Assembly: GCA_030390025.1 (NCBI GenBank)
Contig: CM059436.1
Location: 73,842,001-73,906,000, forward strand
Reading direction: 5' to 3'
Source: Squalus acanthias
Lineage: Eukaryota
DNA length: 64,000 nt
Positions 62,633-64,000 of the stretch are shown piece after piece. How positions within the stretch are numbered: position 1 is the stretch's first letter; each line of letters opens with the position of its first letter. The position numbers and the translations under genes are program-made. The notes beneath the pieces are model-generated. The model was given only the letters and a program-made list of their open reading frames with translations, had not been told where the DNA came from and searched no databases.

Positions 62633-64000
62633 TGGAGTACTTTGCATTTGGGAGTATTAAATTTCATGTCCCATTTGTCTTCCCAATTATAATAGCTCTA
62701 AACTTTTACACATGAACTGCATCCTCCATTCCTCCCATTATTTAATTGGTGTCTGGAAATTTAACAATTTGTTTCTGTGTCCAAGTCGCTTAGGTAGATC
62801 AGAGATACAGGAGTGCAAATGTTGATCATTACTCCTAAATTATAGATGGCGCCCTAATTGCAAGAACCGAGTCCTGATGTGAGTTCTCCTTAATGGGATC
62901 CAATGCATATTGGGGCTGATTAAAATGAATTCTGGTGCCATTGTGCTGATGCAAATTGCTCCTCATATTAATGGGCACAGAAGTCTGAGTCCTACTCCGC
63001 ATTCACTGTGCCAAACAGTTCCCAATATGGCCGGCCAACATATAAACATGCTGGGAACCTGTGCACGACCTATGCACAAGATTCATTAACACCCCCCCCC
63101 CCCCCCAACCCCCTCCCAAAAGAAAATGATGTAAATTCGGAGTCATACCCATAATGTGACTGGAGAGGCTGAGCAGTACTTGTATGGAATGAGCAGGCTT
63201 GAAAGAAAAAATATTTGTTTGTCTCAGGGGTGCTCCACTCAGTTTTTCCAGGTCTACAGCGGCCTAACCAGCAGTCCTTAAATGGACCGCTGGAGGCCGC
63301 CCATTAGAAGGTAAGTAGCATTTTTATACTTTTGTTTCTGTGGAGCAGGAGTGCTCCTACTAACTCCACAAAAGTACTGCGAGCCACTGCCGGCCTGGGA
63401 TCACCCTCTCCAGTTCGCCCCCCCGCTCAATTTTGTGTCTTTTTCCAATTTCTCAGTCTATAACTACTGTATCTCTCTCTCCGTAGAGTTTTGTGATGTT
63501 TATAGCTTATTTATTTATAATTCAAAACCAATAAAATCTACAAATACAGTCATCATTGTTTCTACCCCTCTCTGTTTTATTAAAACACTAAATATAAATT
63601 TTATTTGAATAAACCTTTTGAAATTTGCCCTCTAGCTTTTCTTCAGATAATTTTTGTTAAAATAGAAAATTGTTAAAGACTGAGAGAAGCATTGTATTAT
63701 TTGACGAGCTAAAAGCTACTGGTGCATCCTTTAAATTGTACACACTGCACATGCTCAGACTGCAGGATCTGCTTTCAACTAACAGTCACCGTTCCAGGCA
63801 AAAATATAAGTTTTGAGAGAGACTGAGGCGTTCAGGTAAAAGCTTTAATGAAAGTATTAAAAGAAGCAAAAGAAAACTTTAGATAAATTTACTTATTGTG
63901 AAATACGCAATTTTTGAATGACTTTTGTTTAAAACCTTGTTTTTGGACATTTGAGTTTCAGTTACTGAGGCTAAGTAGTGAACAATTTTGTTTTCAAAAA

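Overview
Eukaryotic genomic DNA, almost certainly from a cartilaginous fish (shark). This is inferred from HE1/V-SINE, HER1/CR1 LINE, Deu-domain SINE and Penelope-like repeats. The window holds the CpG-island promoter and coding exons 1-9 of KIF16B (kinesin-3, + strand, ATG at 4905). The exons have canonical GT-AG boundaries and splice into one open frame covering most of the motor domain; the gene continues past the window. The introns are mostly decayed and often nested mobile elements: CR1/HER1, L2, a poly(A)-tailed Jockey-group LINE, Tx1, Penelope-like fragments, PIF/Harbinger-like and hAT MITEs, SINEs and a probable solo LTR. There is also a 28S rRNA fragment and a 467-nt assembly gap. 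Nearly all ORF-track entries are repeat-derived or spurious. I cannot demonstrate a new biological system from sequence alone. The best leads are: (1) a 60-codon out-of-frame ORF that starts 7 nt upstream of the KIF16B ATG and spans three exons; (2) young mini Penelope-like inserts with target-site duplications (TSDs), a hammerhead-ribozyme-like core and a perfect 66-bp fold-back; (3) a MITE family with A-N-T target sites, covarying hairpins and arrays of splice-donor motifs, two copies of which form an inverted pair just upstream of exon 4. Exon coordinates are exact; repeat boundaries are approximate unless a TSD is quoted.
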